Counted from the stretch's first letter, positions 1-10,006 are shown. The stretch is 64,000 bases of DNA from Fimbriimonadales bacterium (GCA_041744215.1 JBGTLG010000032.1:50309-114308); one strand, 5' to 3'. Notes: generated by a model from the letters alone, not told the origin. Numbers and translations are program-made.

Positions 1-102
1 CGATCCGTCGAACGGCTCCGATACGTAACTAGTGCGCCCCCGAGCGTGATTCTGCTACCATACGGCCCCGGTCTAGTTGCCTGCCGGAGATTGGAGGGTT
101 GC

Positions 103-2649
103 ATGAAAACTTTGACTTGTAGATCCGCATTCGTCGTCTGTGCTGTGATGGCTATCGCAGCAGCCACCGCTCAGTCGAGCACGGTGTTTGGTGAGATGAT
201 CCGGGGCCTTTCCGCTCGATCAATTGGGCCAGCAAACCCGTCGGGTCGAATCGTTGAACTAGCAGTCGTCGAGAGCAATCCCAGCACGTTCTACTTTGCT
301 GCTGCCAACGGCGGCGTCTGGAAAACGGTCGATGGTGGAAAAACGTTTGCCCCGATTTTTGACGACTACTCCGCCGTCGGGGTATGCAGCGTCGCAGTCA
401 GCCAATCGAATCCCGACATCGTTTGGGTCGGAACTGGGGAGGGCAACATCATTCGCAGCGGATCCTGGGGCAGCGGTGTTTACAAATCGGTAGATGGCGG
501 CAAGTCGTTCCAACACATGGGGCTACGCGAAAGTCGCCAGAACGCGCGCATCGTGATTCACCCGACTAACCCGGACATAGTCTACGTTGCTGCGCTTGGC
601 CACGCGTGGGGTCCAAACTCTGAGCGCGGTCTCTACAAGACAGACAACGGCGGACAGACGTGGACCAAATTGCTCGGCGACGAAGAAAACACCGGCTGTA
701 TCGAAGTCACAATGGACTCTCAGAATCCAGACATCCTTTACGCTTCGCTTTATCACTATCGACGTGACGCATTTTCCGGAACCTCTCCTCGTATTGAATG
801 GGGACCGGGTTCAGGGTGCTTTCGCACGGAAGACGCCGGAAAGAATTGGACGAGACTTAGCAACGGTTTCCCTGATGGAGAACTGGGTCGCGTTGGCTTC
901 GCTGTCTACCGCAAGGATCCTAACGTCGTTTACGCAGTCGTGCAGGCGCCGACTAGGCAGGAGACTGGAACTTACAGGTCGAACGACCGAGGCAAGACTT
1001 GGGAAAAAGTTAATGATTTTCAAGCAAATCCGCCGTTCTTCTATGGGCAGATTCGCGTGGATCCAAACGATCCCGAGACGATCTTTCTATGCAACGTTCA
1101 ATTGACTTGGTCGACGGACGGAGGGAAAACGTTGCAGCCTGTTCAGCAGCGCGGCGTTCACGAGGATCACCACGCACTGTGGATCAACCCGGCTGATTCA
1201 AACCACATCATCCTCGGTAATGACGGCGGCATTTACATCACGACCGACAGGGCTCAGTCTTGGACATGGGTTGCCAATTCGCCGCTCGGACAATTCTACG
1301 CGGTTGGTTACGACATGGCGACTCCATACAATGTTATGGGCGGCGTTCAAGACAATGGAAGTTGGCACGGCCCTAGTCGCACATACAACTCCGTGGGGAT
1401 ACAAAACTCGGATTGGCGGCGCGTTGGCGGAGGGGATGGTTTTTACGTCTGGGCGGACCCGACAGATCATAACATCGTCTACTCCGAGAGCCAGTACGGC
1501 GTCCTGCGCCGCTATAACTTTGCAGAATCGAATCAAGCGAAGAACATCCAGCCGAGGCCTGCCACGGGCGAGGCTCGCTATCGGTTCAACTGGAACACAC
1601 CTCTCTTGATCTCCTACCACGACCCAGCGACCCTCTATTTTGGTGGACATGTCCTCTTTCGATCGAAGGATCGAGGAGACACTTGGGAGACAATCAGCGA
1701 GGACTTGACTCGTGGGATGCCCGAGGGGCGCAACGACACCGGACACACGATCACGGCGATCGACGAATCGAAGGTCAAGCAGGGAGTGATCTGGGTCGGA
1801 ACTGACGACGGAAGGCTCCACGTGACCCTCGATGACGGCCAGTCCTGGACCGAGGTGACGGACAACATTCCGGGAATCCCCAATGACGGCTGGTTTTCGC
1901 GCGTCGAGACTTCCCACTTTGATGAGGCGACTGCCTTCATAGCCGTCGATAGACATCGCAACAATGATGTGTATCCTCACATCTTCAGAACGACGGATTA
2001 CGGCAAGTCATTCACTCGAATCACCGGAGATCTGCCGATGGCCAATGTCCATTCCGTACGCCAGTCTTCGAAGAACTCCAACTTGCTTTTTGCGGGCACA
2101 GAGCGTGGCGTTTACGCAACGAACAATGGTGGCGTGAATTGGCATCACTTCGTTTTGTCTGGAATGCCTCGCCACGCGATCGTTCACGATATTCAGATTC
2201 ATCCGCGTGAACGTGAACTCATCGTCGCTACACACGGCCGCAGTTTCTACATCATAGACATCGCGCCGCTGGAAGAATCCGTTACGAGCGACGCATATCT
2301 CTTCCATATCAAACCCGCAGTCTCGTTTGATCCGGCTGACGTTGATACAGATCCGACGTCTTTCTTCGGTGAAAACCCACCGTACGGCGCTATCATTCAC
2401 TTCTGGATCAGCCCTTCAGCCAGCGAGCCCGGGCACCTGATCATTAAAGATGCGCTCGGTGTAGAACTCCGCAAAATCGACATACCCGCAAAAAGCGGCC
2501 TACATACCGCCGTATGGGATTTGGTTCACGGTGAAGGCAGAGTTGCGCCAGGCGAATACACCGTTACTCTCGTCGTCGGTGATCGCGCATCGACTCGTAC
2601 GGTCAGCGTGGTCAAGCCAAAACCAACCGGCTTGCACGAGCGCCAGTAA
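103..2649 (+). CDS. Secreted BNR/Asp-box beta-propeller protein (VPS10/sortilin-like glycosyl hydrolase)
   Basis: Repeated Asp-boxes (KTVDGGKTF, KSVDGGKSF, RSNDRGKTW, STDGGKT), IGPANPSGR start motif, signal peptide; GGAGG before ATG103. Confidence 0.85.
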   Translation: MKTLTCRSAFVVCAVMAIAAATAQSSTVFGEMIRGLSARSIGPANPSGRIVELAVVESNPSTFYFAAANGGVWKTVDGGKTFAPIFDDYSAVGVCSVAVSQSNPDIVWVGTGEGNIIRSGSWGSGVYKSVDGGKSFQHMGLRESRQNARIVIHPTNPDIVYVAALGHAWGPNSERGLYKTDNGGQTWTKLLGDEENTGCIEVTMDSQNPDILYASLYHYRRDAFSGTSPRIEWGPGSGCFRTEDAGKNWTRLSNGFPDGELGRVGFAVYRKDPNVVYAVVQAPTRQETGTYRSNDRGKTWEKVNDFQANPPFFYGQIRVDPNDPETIFLCNVQLTWSTDGGKTLQPVQQRGVHEDHHALWINPADSNHIILGNDGGIYITTDRAQSWTWVANSPLGQFYAVGYDMATPYNVMGGVQDNGSWHGPSRTYNSVGIQNSDWRRVGGGDGFYVWADPTDHNIVYSESQYGVLRRYNFAESNQAKNIQPRPATGEARYRFNWNTPLLISYHDPATLYFGGHVLFRSKDRGDTWETISEDLTRGMPEGRNDTGHTITAIDESKVKQGVIWVGTDDGRLHVTLDDGQSWTEVTDNIPGIPNDGWFSRVETSHFDEATAFIAVDRHRNNDVYPHIFRTTDYGKSFTRITGDLPMANVHSVRQSSKNSNLLFAGTERGVYATNNGGVNWHHFVLSGMPRHAIVHDIQIHPRERELIVATHGRSFYIIDIAPLEESVTSDAYLFHIKPAVSFDPADVDTDPTSFFGENPPYGAIIHFWISPSASEPGHLIIKDALGVELRKIDIPAKSGLHTAVWDLVHGEGRVAPGEYTVTLVVGDRASTRTVSVVKPKPTGLHERQ

Positions 2650-2668
2650 CCGTCCGTAATCGGTAATC

Positions 2669-3472
2669 ATGCACAATGCGGGTCAGATGATCCGCATTGG
2701 CACCTCGGGTTTTCATTACAATGATTGGAAAGGAAACTTCTACCCGAGCAACGTCGCAAAATCGCAGTGGTTCGACCACTACTCGCGAGAGTTTGATTGC
2801 GTTGAGCTGAATGCTTCCTACTATGCGTGGCTGACTGAAAGAACGGTTCTCAGTCTCGTCGCCCGCGCTCCCGCTGGGTTCTCATTTACAGTAAAGCTGC
2901 ACCGATCGCTAACACACGAACGCGACGACCGAGAATCTGCGATTCGAAAAACTAAGGAACAAAATCGCCCGTTCGCCGAAAGCGGGATGCTTGGCACAAC
3001 TCTCGCTCAGTTTCCCAACTCCTTTCGCCATAGCAAAACAAATGAAGATTACATTGCCTGGCTAGCGTACGAACTAGCGCCACTCAACGTTGAGTTTCGC
3101 CACGAGAGTTGGCACCGGTCCTCAGACCTTTATCGCAAGGTCGGAGTCGGTGCTGTCTGTGTTGATGAGCCGGAAATCCCAGGCCTAGTGCCATGGGACG
3201 TTTCATCCGCAAGCGAGATCGGCTATGTCCGCTTCCACGGAAGAAACGCTGCCGCTTGGTACAACCACGAACACTCCTTCGAGCGCTATGACTACCTATA
3301 CTCATTAGAGCAGCTTGAGGGCCGAGTCCCCGATATTCAAACGCTTTCCGCCGAAACGAGCGCCACCTATGTGTTCTTCAATAATCACTACGGGGCGCAG
3401 GCGGTCACGAACGCGAGGCAGCTGAAGGGGCTCCTGGGTCTTGGGGGCCGGAAAAATCCCCAGCTTTTCTGA
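2669..3472 (+). CDS. DUF72 (YecE-like) family protein
   Basis: IGTSGF.Y..W...FYP, VELNASYY, LAQFP.SF, VEFRH.SW, YVRFHGRN, YDYLYS, FFNN motifs. Confidence 0.9.
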   Translation: MHNAGQMIRIGTSGFHYNDWKGNFYPSNVAKSQWFDHYSREFDCVELNASYYAWLTERTVLSLVARAPAGFSFTVKLHRSLTHERDDRESAIRKTKEQNRPFAESGMLGTTLAQFPNSFRHSKTNEDYIAWLAYELAPLNVEFRHESWHRSSDLYRKVGVGAVCVDEPEIPGLVPWDVSSASEIGYVRFHGRNAAAWYNHEHSFERYDYLYSLEQLEGRVPDIQTLSAETSATYVFFNNHYGAQAVTNARQLKGLLGLGGRKNPQLF

Positions 3473-3633
3473 ACGCTCGACCCCTCAATTGGCGTCATAA
3501 GCCGGGGGTACATGGAGTATCCTCGTATACTGAAAGGCGCGTTGCCCAGTCGCGATCACAGCGACAGGCACATCGATTCGGTCGGCGGCCGCGCCCTCGT
3601 CGGCCCACATACTCAAGAATGGAGGAATTTGGA

Positions 3634-5253
3634 ATGAGGAGACTTGCTATCTCTCTCGGCGCGCTGGTCATTGTTTCCGGCGCGTTCGCAGGGGGCACTC
3701 CCGACAATATCTATCGCAACATGCTTGCGATCCCTGGGTCCTTCTTTGCGTCTGGCAACGAATACGGCGACAAAGTAACCCTCGATACAGGTAGCAGAAA
3801 CCTGACATCGTTTACGCTTGCCTATGTTGCCGACCTCACGACTGGCCAGAACGACGAAACTGTTCAAGTCCGAATCTACGACGCAACTGGCACTGGCGGC
3901 GGCCCCGGCACAATGCTCTGGCAAAGTACCGATATGCCCATCCGCGACGGCCTGTGGAGCAAAACGATTGTGATCTCCGGCGGCCTCACCGTACCAGACG
4001 ACATTATCTACACGGTTGAGTTCAAGAACATGGACATGATCGCCGGCGATCGCGCTGGACTGGTACTGTCCGATCCGCCTACGAGAGGCTCAAGCACGAA
4101 CGACTTTTGGATGTTCGACATGGGTGCCTGGGGTGAGTTCGAGTTCACCGGCGGCGTACCCGTCGCAAACTTCCAAGCCTCGTTCTGGGTTGATGGTGTC
4201 GCACCGCAGCCCTACCAAAACGAGATCGTGCCGCCGGAAGATTGGGACTTCTACTTCCCCGGCTTCCATGAGTTCGGCGATCAGATCGACCTCGAAGGCA
4301 CCAAGCGAAAGATCTCTGCAATCCGCTTCCCGATCTACTGCCCTGAACTCGCTGCCCCCGGCGACGAAGAACTGGTCGTCAGAATCTGGAAACTGGATGG
4401 AGTCGACCAAGTACCGGGAACGATGCTCTGGGAGAGTGCGCCGATGCCATTCGTCGCAGACCCAGCCAATGTGCAGTTTTTCGACGTCAGCGTTCCGAAC
4501 GTGACAGTCGAAGATGCGATCGTATGGACTGTTGAGTTTAGGGGTGTTGCTCAAACTTCGCCACCAAACCCGACCGACAACGCTGGACTGCTCATGACTG
4601 GCAAGTACGACTCGGCGACACAGGTCATCACTGACTTCGAGCCTCAGTTGGGATCGAGCCGCGATTTCTTCGTCGGAAGAAATGTACCGTCACAAACCGA
4701 AGAGTGGACATTCTGGGTGTTCCGAACCGCAATGCAACCGCTCGGCCCGCAGGCCAACTTTGAAGTCGCCTTCGACGGCGTCGGCACAGAGAAGTTGGTT
4801 CCGACCGCGTTCGGCCTCTTGACAGGCGTCCAAACGGCCGGCAACCTCCAAAGCCTAATCAGTCTCGACAACGATCGCTTGTTCGTTCGTGAAGCTCCAC
4901 CGCTCGCCCTCGGACTTCCGTCGGTTGCGGTTAACGTCGACACTGTTTCGCCGACGCTCAACCCATCAGCGCTGACGATCAAGGTCGTCATGAACACCAG
5001 CGGCGCGCCGGCAGGTGCAGTTCAGTTCCGCGTACTCGGAGTACTTGGTAACAACACAACCGAGCTTCTCTCGACTACGGCAGGAACGTCGACTGACCAG
5101 ACGATCACAATCACGCCGACTGGCGATCTTTCGAGATTCGTCCAGTCCGGATCAAATCGCTTGCGGGTTCGCCTGCAAATGTTCGATCCAGGCACGCTCT
5201 TCAACTTCGGTTGGAGCGCGCGGATCAACCAAGTTAGCTGGGAAATCGAGTAA
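3634..5253 (+). CDS. Secreted protein with two tandem ~170-190-aa repeat domains and a conserved ~153-aa C-terminal domain
   Basis: Signal peptide MRRLAISLGALVIVSGAFA; internal repeats (E.GD...PGTMLW.S...TVEF...AGL...GSS..F...ANF); C-terminus aligns with that of 29733..32006. Confidence 0.85.
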   Translation: MRRLAISLGALVIVSGAFAGGTPDNIYRNMLAIPGSFFASGNEYGDKVTLDTGSRNLTSFTLAYVADLTTGQNDETVQVRIYDATGTGGGPGTMLWQSTDMPIRDGLWSKTIVISGGLTVPDDIIYTVEFKNMDMIAGDRAGLVLSDPPTRGSSTNDFWMFDMGAWGEFEFTGGVPVANFQASFWVDGVAPQPYQNEIVPPEDWDFYFPGFHEFGDQIDLEGTKRKISAIRFPIYCPELAAPGDEELVVRIWKLDGVDQVPGTMLWESAPMPFVADPANVQFFDVSVPNVTVEDAIVWTVEFRGVAQTSPPNPTDNAGLLMTGKYDSATQVITDFEPQLGSSRDFFVGRNVPSQTEEWTFWVFRTAMQPLGPQANFEVAFDGVGTEKLVPTAFGLLTGVQTAGNLQSLISLDNDRLFVREAPPLALGLPSVAVNVDTVSPTLNPSALTIKVVMNTSGAPAGAVQFRVLGVLGNNTTELLSTTAGTSTDQTITITPTGDLSRFVQSGSNRLRVRLQMFDPGTLFNFGWSARINQVSWEIE

Positions 5254-5273
5254 CTTCGACTCCAAGCTGCTCT

Positions 5274-5311
5274 AGAATCGGCCGGCGGGACGCCGGCCGA
5301 TTCTCTTTTTT
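5274..5311 (+). terminator. Rho-independent terminator
   Basis: AGAATCGGCCGGCG-gga-CGCCGGCCGATTCT perfect 14-bp stem followed by CTTTTTT, between convergent genes. Confidence 0.8.
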
Positions 5312-5660
5312 ACTTGACATAAGTTTCCGAATCCATTTCGCGCAGTTCCAAAGTCACTTTCGCGAGACCGTTCGAAATTGAATCGGAAAACAGATCGCTG
5401 ACCACTTTCGCCAGTTCGCGAGCGATTCTTTGGCGCAGCTCAACGGGCCGACCCGTAAGAATCGACACTTGGCAATGAACATATCCCGGGGTTGATCCTT
5501 CTCCCATGGACCACACTTCCCTCTTCGTAAAGTATGCCTTGATCGAGGCGGCGCTGATCGTCTCGCACGACGCGAGCTGGGAACATAGCGCGTCCAGAAC
5601 ATTGCTCGCAGACTCGCATTCGGGAAGGTTTGAAGTTGCTTCCAAATGTATGTGTGGCAT
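5310..5660 (-). CDS. 5-carboxymethyl-2-hydroxymuconate isomerase (tautomerase superfamily)
   Basis: N-terminal MPHI (catalytic Pro1), IK..., VH..V.IL.GR..E.R motif, 116 aa. Confidence 0.8.
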   Translation of the reverse strand: MPHIHLEATSNLPECESASNVLDALCSQLASCETISAASIKAYFTKREVWSMGEGSTPGYVHCQVSILTGRPVELRQRIARELAKVVSDLFSDSISNGLAKVTLELREMDSETYVK

Positions 5661-5662
5661 TG

Positions 5663-6793
5663 CTATCCGTTATAAATGATCTTCTTGACGACGTCGATCG
5701 TGTTCGCCGCATCGCCAGTCGACATTGCCTCGTCCAGATCGGGCTTTCTGGCGTAGATCTTGAGCGCCTTCTTCATGCTGTTTGCGAAGAACTCCATACT
5801 AAGACGCATCGAGCGCACTTGCTCCGTGCGATAGGTGAACTGATCCTCGCCAAACCAGCCGTCATAGCCAGTATCAATCGCCGCATAGCAGAACTCGACC
5901 AACCGCCAAATGTCGTCCGTTCCAGCAATCCGATCTTCGTCATTGCTGTTGAACTTCGCGCCGTTGATGTGGAAGTTCGCGATGGGAACGCCGAGTGTTT
6001 TCAGCATGTAGAGCGAGTCGGCGGGAGTGTTCCCCACCATCTGCTCGTGACCATAATCAATCACCACCCCCATAACAGTCTTGCCAAGATTCTTGTTGAC
6101 TTCTTGCGCAACCAACGCCGCCTTAGCGACGGTGTTGACAATCATGTTGCCCTCGCGAGGTTCCTTTTGCTTTGGCTCGGTTCCGAACTTGAGCCCCAAA
6201 TCATCGCAGCGTTTTGCGATCTCCGTGCAACCGTCGATATACCAAGACAGGCGTTTGCCGTAGTCAACTTCAAAGTGATAGTCCCAGCCGTCCGAACCTG
6301 GCCAGATGTTACAGCTCACGCAGCCCACCTCTTCGGCTATCTCAACTCCCTGCAAACACACAGCCAAACACTCTCGCCTCACGCTAGAATCAGGATGCGT
6401 GATTCCGCCGAACTTCCACTTTGGATCAGTCCAGGTATTCATGTTCATGTTCGTCGCGACAACCGAGTGCCTGGTCAATCCTTCTTTGACGTCGGCGATG
6501 ATCGACGGGACTTTGCGATACGCCTGGTCAATAAAGACTCGCTCATGGAACTCGATTCCTCGAATGCCGGCCAATGAGACGCGCTCGATCTGCGGAAGAA
6601 TGCCGTCCTCGAACGAAGGGTCGTCGCTGTTGTAGCCAATTGGGCAGAAGCGGTCAAAAAACTCACCTGCGCACCAATGCCCCGCGGCAAACTGAATTCC
6701 GAAATCTTTAATGAACTCGTCGACGAGCTCCCCGTCGATATAACCGAGATACTTCGATTCGAGCAGCGATAAGGCGGCGGCGTCTGTTTTCAT
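5663..6793 (-). CDS. Xylose-isomerase-like sugar isomerase (TIM barrel)
   Basis: WPGSDG, EPKQKEPREG, IDYGH, HING...DEDR, FGEDQ metal-binding motifs. Confidence 0.8.
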   Translation of the reverse strand: MKTDAAALSLLESKYLGYIDGELVDEFIKDFGIQFAAGHWCAGEFFDRFCPIGYNSDDPSFEDGILPQIERVSLAGIRGIEFHERVFIDQAYRKVPSIIADVKEGLTRHSVVATNMNMNTWTDPKWKFGGITHPDSSVRRECLAVCLQGVEIAEEVGCVSCNIWPGSDGWDYHFEVDYGKRLSWYIDGCTEIAKRCDDLGLKFGTEPKQKEPREGNMIVNTVAKAALVAQEVNKNLGKTVMGVVIDYGHEQMVGNTPADSLYMLKTLGVPIANFHINGAKFNSNDEDRIAGTDDIWRLVEFCYAAIDTGYDGWFGEDQFTYRTEQVRSMRLSMEFFANSMKKALKIYARKPDLDEAMSTGDAANTIDVVKKIIYNG

Positions 6794-6822
6794 TGTGGCC
6801 GACTACTTCGACAGCATCCTGG

Positions 6823-7506
6823 CTATCTCCTGCATGGCCGGAGACCGTACACATCCACCGAAACACCAGGTGAGTAGAATCCGATCGGCGCGAGATCGGG
6901 ACGCTCGATCTGGTTCGCCGCGAGCATCGATTCTTCTACCTTCTGAACTTTCACTGACTGAATCTTGTATTTTGGGTGAACGACGTCCGCGGAACAGAGT
7001 TGTCCCCTCCGCATGGTGAAAAGCCGATAGCGCTCCACCAAAAACTCGTCCAGAGATCCTTCGGTAGCCTCTGACGCCGCACCGGAGATCGAGACCTCAA
7101 TGGAGTGTTCTGCGGGAACCTGAGATGACCCTTTGCGCGATGACTCGTACCGAATCGTAGCCCCGACATCCAGCCGCATGCTTGCACGATGATACGGCAG
7201 AGAGTAGAAAGCCCTCGCGATTCCGACCACCAGCGGATTCGAAGCATCGAGGCTGAAAAACCAGATGCCGATATCATCCCCCGAGCGAACATAAGTTCTC
7301 ACATTAGTCTCGTGAAGCGAGGATAAGCCAGGGATTGGTGGAAGAGCAACGTGACGAATGCCAGACATTGTGAATGGGATGAGTCCCACCCATGCCTGAC
7401 CGTCGAACGTATCGATTTCCAGTACGCCTGGCACGAGAGCCTGCAGTGACGCTGCAGGTACCGGCCAATGCAGAAACGTCAGGTGATGCCAACTTTGACG
7501 CATCAC
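6823..7506 (-). CDS. DUF2071 (YqjF) family protein
   Basis: M.QSW..LTFLHW, DTFDG.AW.G..PF.M, ETNVRTYV, FFSLDA, FLVERY motifs. Confidence 0.9.
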   Translation of the reverse strand: MMRQSWHHLTFLHWPVPAASLQALVPGVLEIDTFDGQAWVGLIPFTMSGIRHVALPPIPGLSSLHETNVRTYVRSGDDIGIWFFSLDASNPLVVGIARAFYSLPYHRASMRLDVGATIRYESSRKGSSQVPAEHSIEVSISGAASEATEGSLDEFLVERYRLFTMRRGQLCSADVVHPKYKIQSVKVQKVEESMLAANQIERPDLAPIGFYSPGVSVDVYGLRPCRR

Positions 7507-7523
7507 CCTTCGACCCGAAGGGC

Positions 7524-9005
7524 TTAGTGCATTTGGAACTCTGGTGCCGAAAACAGGAGTAACGTTACCGCGCCAACCATCTTCGATGCTGAGAGCTTGT
7601 CCCTAAGCGCCCCCAATCCGCCGTTCTTCTCGCATGCTTCATACATAGGCTTCAGCTTGTCCGCAGAAATCTTCGCGTCAAGCAAATCGCAGATACCGTC
7701 GACAAACTGAACTGGTGTGGTGGGTCGATACTCGAGCAAGACGCGCGTCCCCAATCCCTGGCCACCGTCTTTCGACTCGTTGGCCTCGCCAAAAAGCAGC
7801 GATGCGAGGTTGATGCGCTGCGTCATCGAGTCACTGCTGATCCAGTTGTTTCCCCAATTCCATCCACCAACGTCGGGTGGGTACAGCAGCAACATTCCCT
7901 GTCCGTTCATCAAAAAGACGACGCCTCCGCTTATGTCTCTAAGGAGCTTCGGCAGCGGAGTCGTTCGCGTCGCATCAGCCCTCCGCACGGAGACCAGAAG
8001 CGTTCCGAGATCAATCTGCCGTGTGAGAGAAACTGTAAAGTCGACCGGACTTTTCACCTTCGAACGAACGCACCTTTCAGAGTAGAACTCCGGCGACCGC
8101 GCGATAGAAAGCAGAACCTGTTTGATGTCACCATCCGTCTCTCCAAACACTTTCGCGAGCCTCTCAACAACTGATGGCTCTGGATTTTCATAAGCGAAAA
8201 ATTCCCACAATTTCTTGCAGATGTGCCGAGCGGTTTCTGGCCGTGCAGACAGCATCTCCAGTAGCGAGTCGCCATCGTAGTTCGCAGTTTGTCCCAATAC
8301 TGTCTTTTTGCCGTCGTCGTGTAACTCGGGGCTGTTTGCGAACACGACTGGCATTCGATCCTCAGTGATGAAGCGACGCATCGTAGGTTGCAGATTTTCG
8401 CCCCCTTGCTCGAAGACTAAGTAACGAATTCCCCAGCCTGTAAACGCTCTCGCTGCTTCTTTGATGTCGGCTTCTGAATACGCTCCCTTCCCAACCGTAA
8501 ACAGCTCTAACAGCTCGCGAGAGAAGTTCTCATTTGGATTCCCGGAAAAACTCTGATCAGTATCTAGATAGCGGATCATCGCAGGTTCCTTGCTTACTGC
8601 TTTCAACAAGGTTGCGAATCTTCCGCTTGCGTTGTCACGCAGCGCGTTGAGGTACTTCAACATCATCGGGCCAAACTCGACCTTCTGCGCACTCACTGCA
8701 AAGTGATCGTGCCAAAAGAGCGCCAGTTTCTCTTGCAATGGCCGCTTTGTAATCATCATCCGAAGCGCCCACCAAGCGGCCGGCCGGAATGGATCCAGGT
8801 ACACCTCATCCGTCCCATCCTCAAAGCAGTACTCCCACGGGCTCACAGGGAACCCCTCGTCGACCTTGCCGTAGTCGATCAAGCGGTTGACCGCTCCGTC
8901 CCGCCCGAGCGGGATGAACTCCTTCAGTTCCGTTCGCGACGCGCCGAGCCCGAAACGGCGAAGCAGGTGACGGATGCTCTCTTCTTCGTTCATTCCCATC
9001 TGCAT
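7524..9005 (-). CDS. DUF1800 family protein
   Basis: HLLRRFG.G, LQEKL.LFWHDHF, PNENF.RELLELFT.G, ARAFTGW, PPDV.GW, PEFQ C-terminus. Confidence 0.9.
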   Translation of the reverse strand: MQMGMNEEESIRHLLRRFGLGASRTELKEFIPLGRDGAVNRLIDYGKVDEGFPVSPWEYCFEDGTDEVYLDPFRPAAWWALRMMITKRPLQEKLALFWHDHFAVSAQKVEFGPMMLKYLNALRDNASGRFATLLKAVSKEPAMIRYLDTDQSFSGNPNENFSRELLELFTVGKGAYSEADIKEAARAFTGWGIRYLVFEQGGENLQPTMRRFITEDRMPVVFANSPELHDDGKKTVLGQTANYDGDSLLEMLSARPETARHICKKLWEFFAYENPEPSVVERLAKVFGETDGDIKQVLLSIARSPEFYSERCVRSKVKSPVDFTVSLTRQIDLGTLLVSVRRADATRTTPLPKLLRDISGGVVFLMNGQGMLLLYPPDVGGWNWGNNWISSDSMTQRINLASLLFGEANESKDGGQGLGTRVLLEYRPTTPVQFVDGICDLLDAKISADKLKPMYEACEKNGGLGALRDKLSASKMVGAVTLLLFSAPEFQMH

Positions 9006-9046
9006 TGTAATCCCAATCGCGAACGGGCGTCATCAACGCGACAAGA

Positions 9047-10006
9047 TTGGGCCCATTGCCCCAGCAGCATCGGCATTGTCACGCTACGGGCATTCGTCAT
9101 ACTCACCCTGTGCGGCCGTCTGCGTTCAGTTTGCCCCTCTTGCTCACGGTGCTCGCCTGGGGCTTTAACTTCGTTGCGCTCAAGCTTGTTTACGAGCAAG
9201 TGAGCCCTGCGGCGACATCGCTGATACGCTTTGTCATCACATTCGCGGCGATGATTCCGCTTTGCCTGCTCTTGAAAGAGTCACTCAGGTACCCAAAAGG
9301 CGAAGCAGTGCGGTTCCTCTGGCTCGGCTTTGTTGCGATGGGTGCGTACATGATCTTGTTTCTTGAGGGCCTCGCGCGAACAACGCCCGCGGACTCAGCG
9401 ATCATCCTCGCGACTGCGCCGATCTTCACCTATTTTTTTGCGATTGCCGCTAAGCAGGAGTTCTTCAGCTTTCGAGCGTTTCTTGGTTCGCTCGTCGCAT
9501 TTGCTGGCGTCGGCATTGTCATACTTGGAGCTGGAGCTGGCGCCGGCGGGACGTTGCTGGGCAACTCGCTCACGCTGCTGTCAAGCTTGGTGTGGGCTTA
9601 CAGCGCTGTGTTTAGCAGACCACTCATGCAGGCCTACTCGCCTGCTCGCGTGTTCACGCTTGCGATGCCAGGATCGCTGCTCGCCTTGCTACCCTATGGC
9701 GCGTATGCTGTGTATCAAACTGATTTCGCTTCGCTGACTCCGACAACGTGGGGAATGATGTTGCATGTCGCGCTTCTTGCTGGAGCGCTCGGATTTACAG
9801 GGTTTTACATAGGTGTGCGCCAGGTTGGAGCGGCGGGCGCGATGCTGTATCAGTTCCTCGTTCCTCCGATCGCAATGCTATCTGCGGCCGCGCTGCTTGA
9901 CAAGCACATCACAGCGATACAAGTGGCTGGATTTGCGCTCGTTGTCGTTGGCGTTATCTGGGCAACTCGAGCGCGACACAAAGCGGACGCGGCGCCAGCG
10001 CCGTAA
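9047..10006 (+). CDS. DMT/EamA family transporter (true start probably ~60 nt downstream)
   Basis: ~10 TM segments, AWG.NF..K, two EamA repeats. Confidence 0.85.
   Translation: MGPLPQQHRHCHATGIRHTHPVRPSAFSLPLLLTVLAWGFNFVALKLVYEQVSPAATSLIRFVITFAAMIPLCLLLKESLRYPKGEAVRFLWLGFVAMGAYMILFLEGLARTTPADSAIILATAPIFTYFFAIAAKQEFFSFRAFLGSLVAFAGVGIVILGAGAGAGGTLLGNSLTLLSSLVWAYSAVFSRPLMQAYSPARVFTLAMPGSLLALLPYGAYAVYQTDFASLTPTTWGMMLHVALLAGALGFTGFYIGVRQVGAAGAMLYQFLVPPIAMLSAAALLDKHITAIQVAGFALVVVGVIWATRARHKADAAPAP

Noticed and set aside
3530-3615. Possible riboswitch in the leader of the 3634 gene (GTCGC...GCGAC stem)
   Set aside because: Only a short stem; no riboswitch consensus recognised. An Rfam scan would be needed.
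5630-6577. 315-aa plus-strand ORF (and similar long antisense ORFs such as 57793..58707 and 1198..1980)
   Set aside because: Shadow ORFs antisense to well-supported genes, with no motifs.
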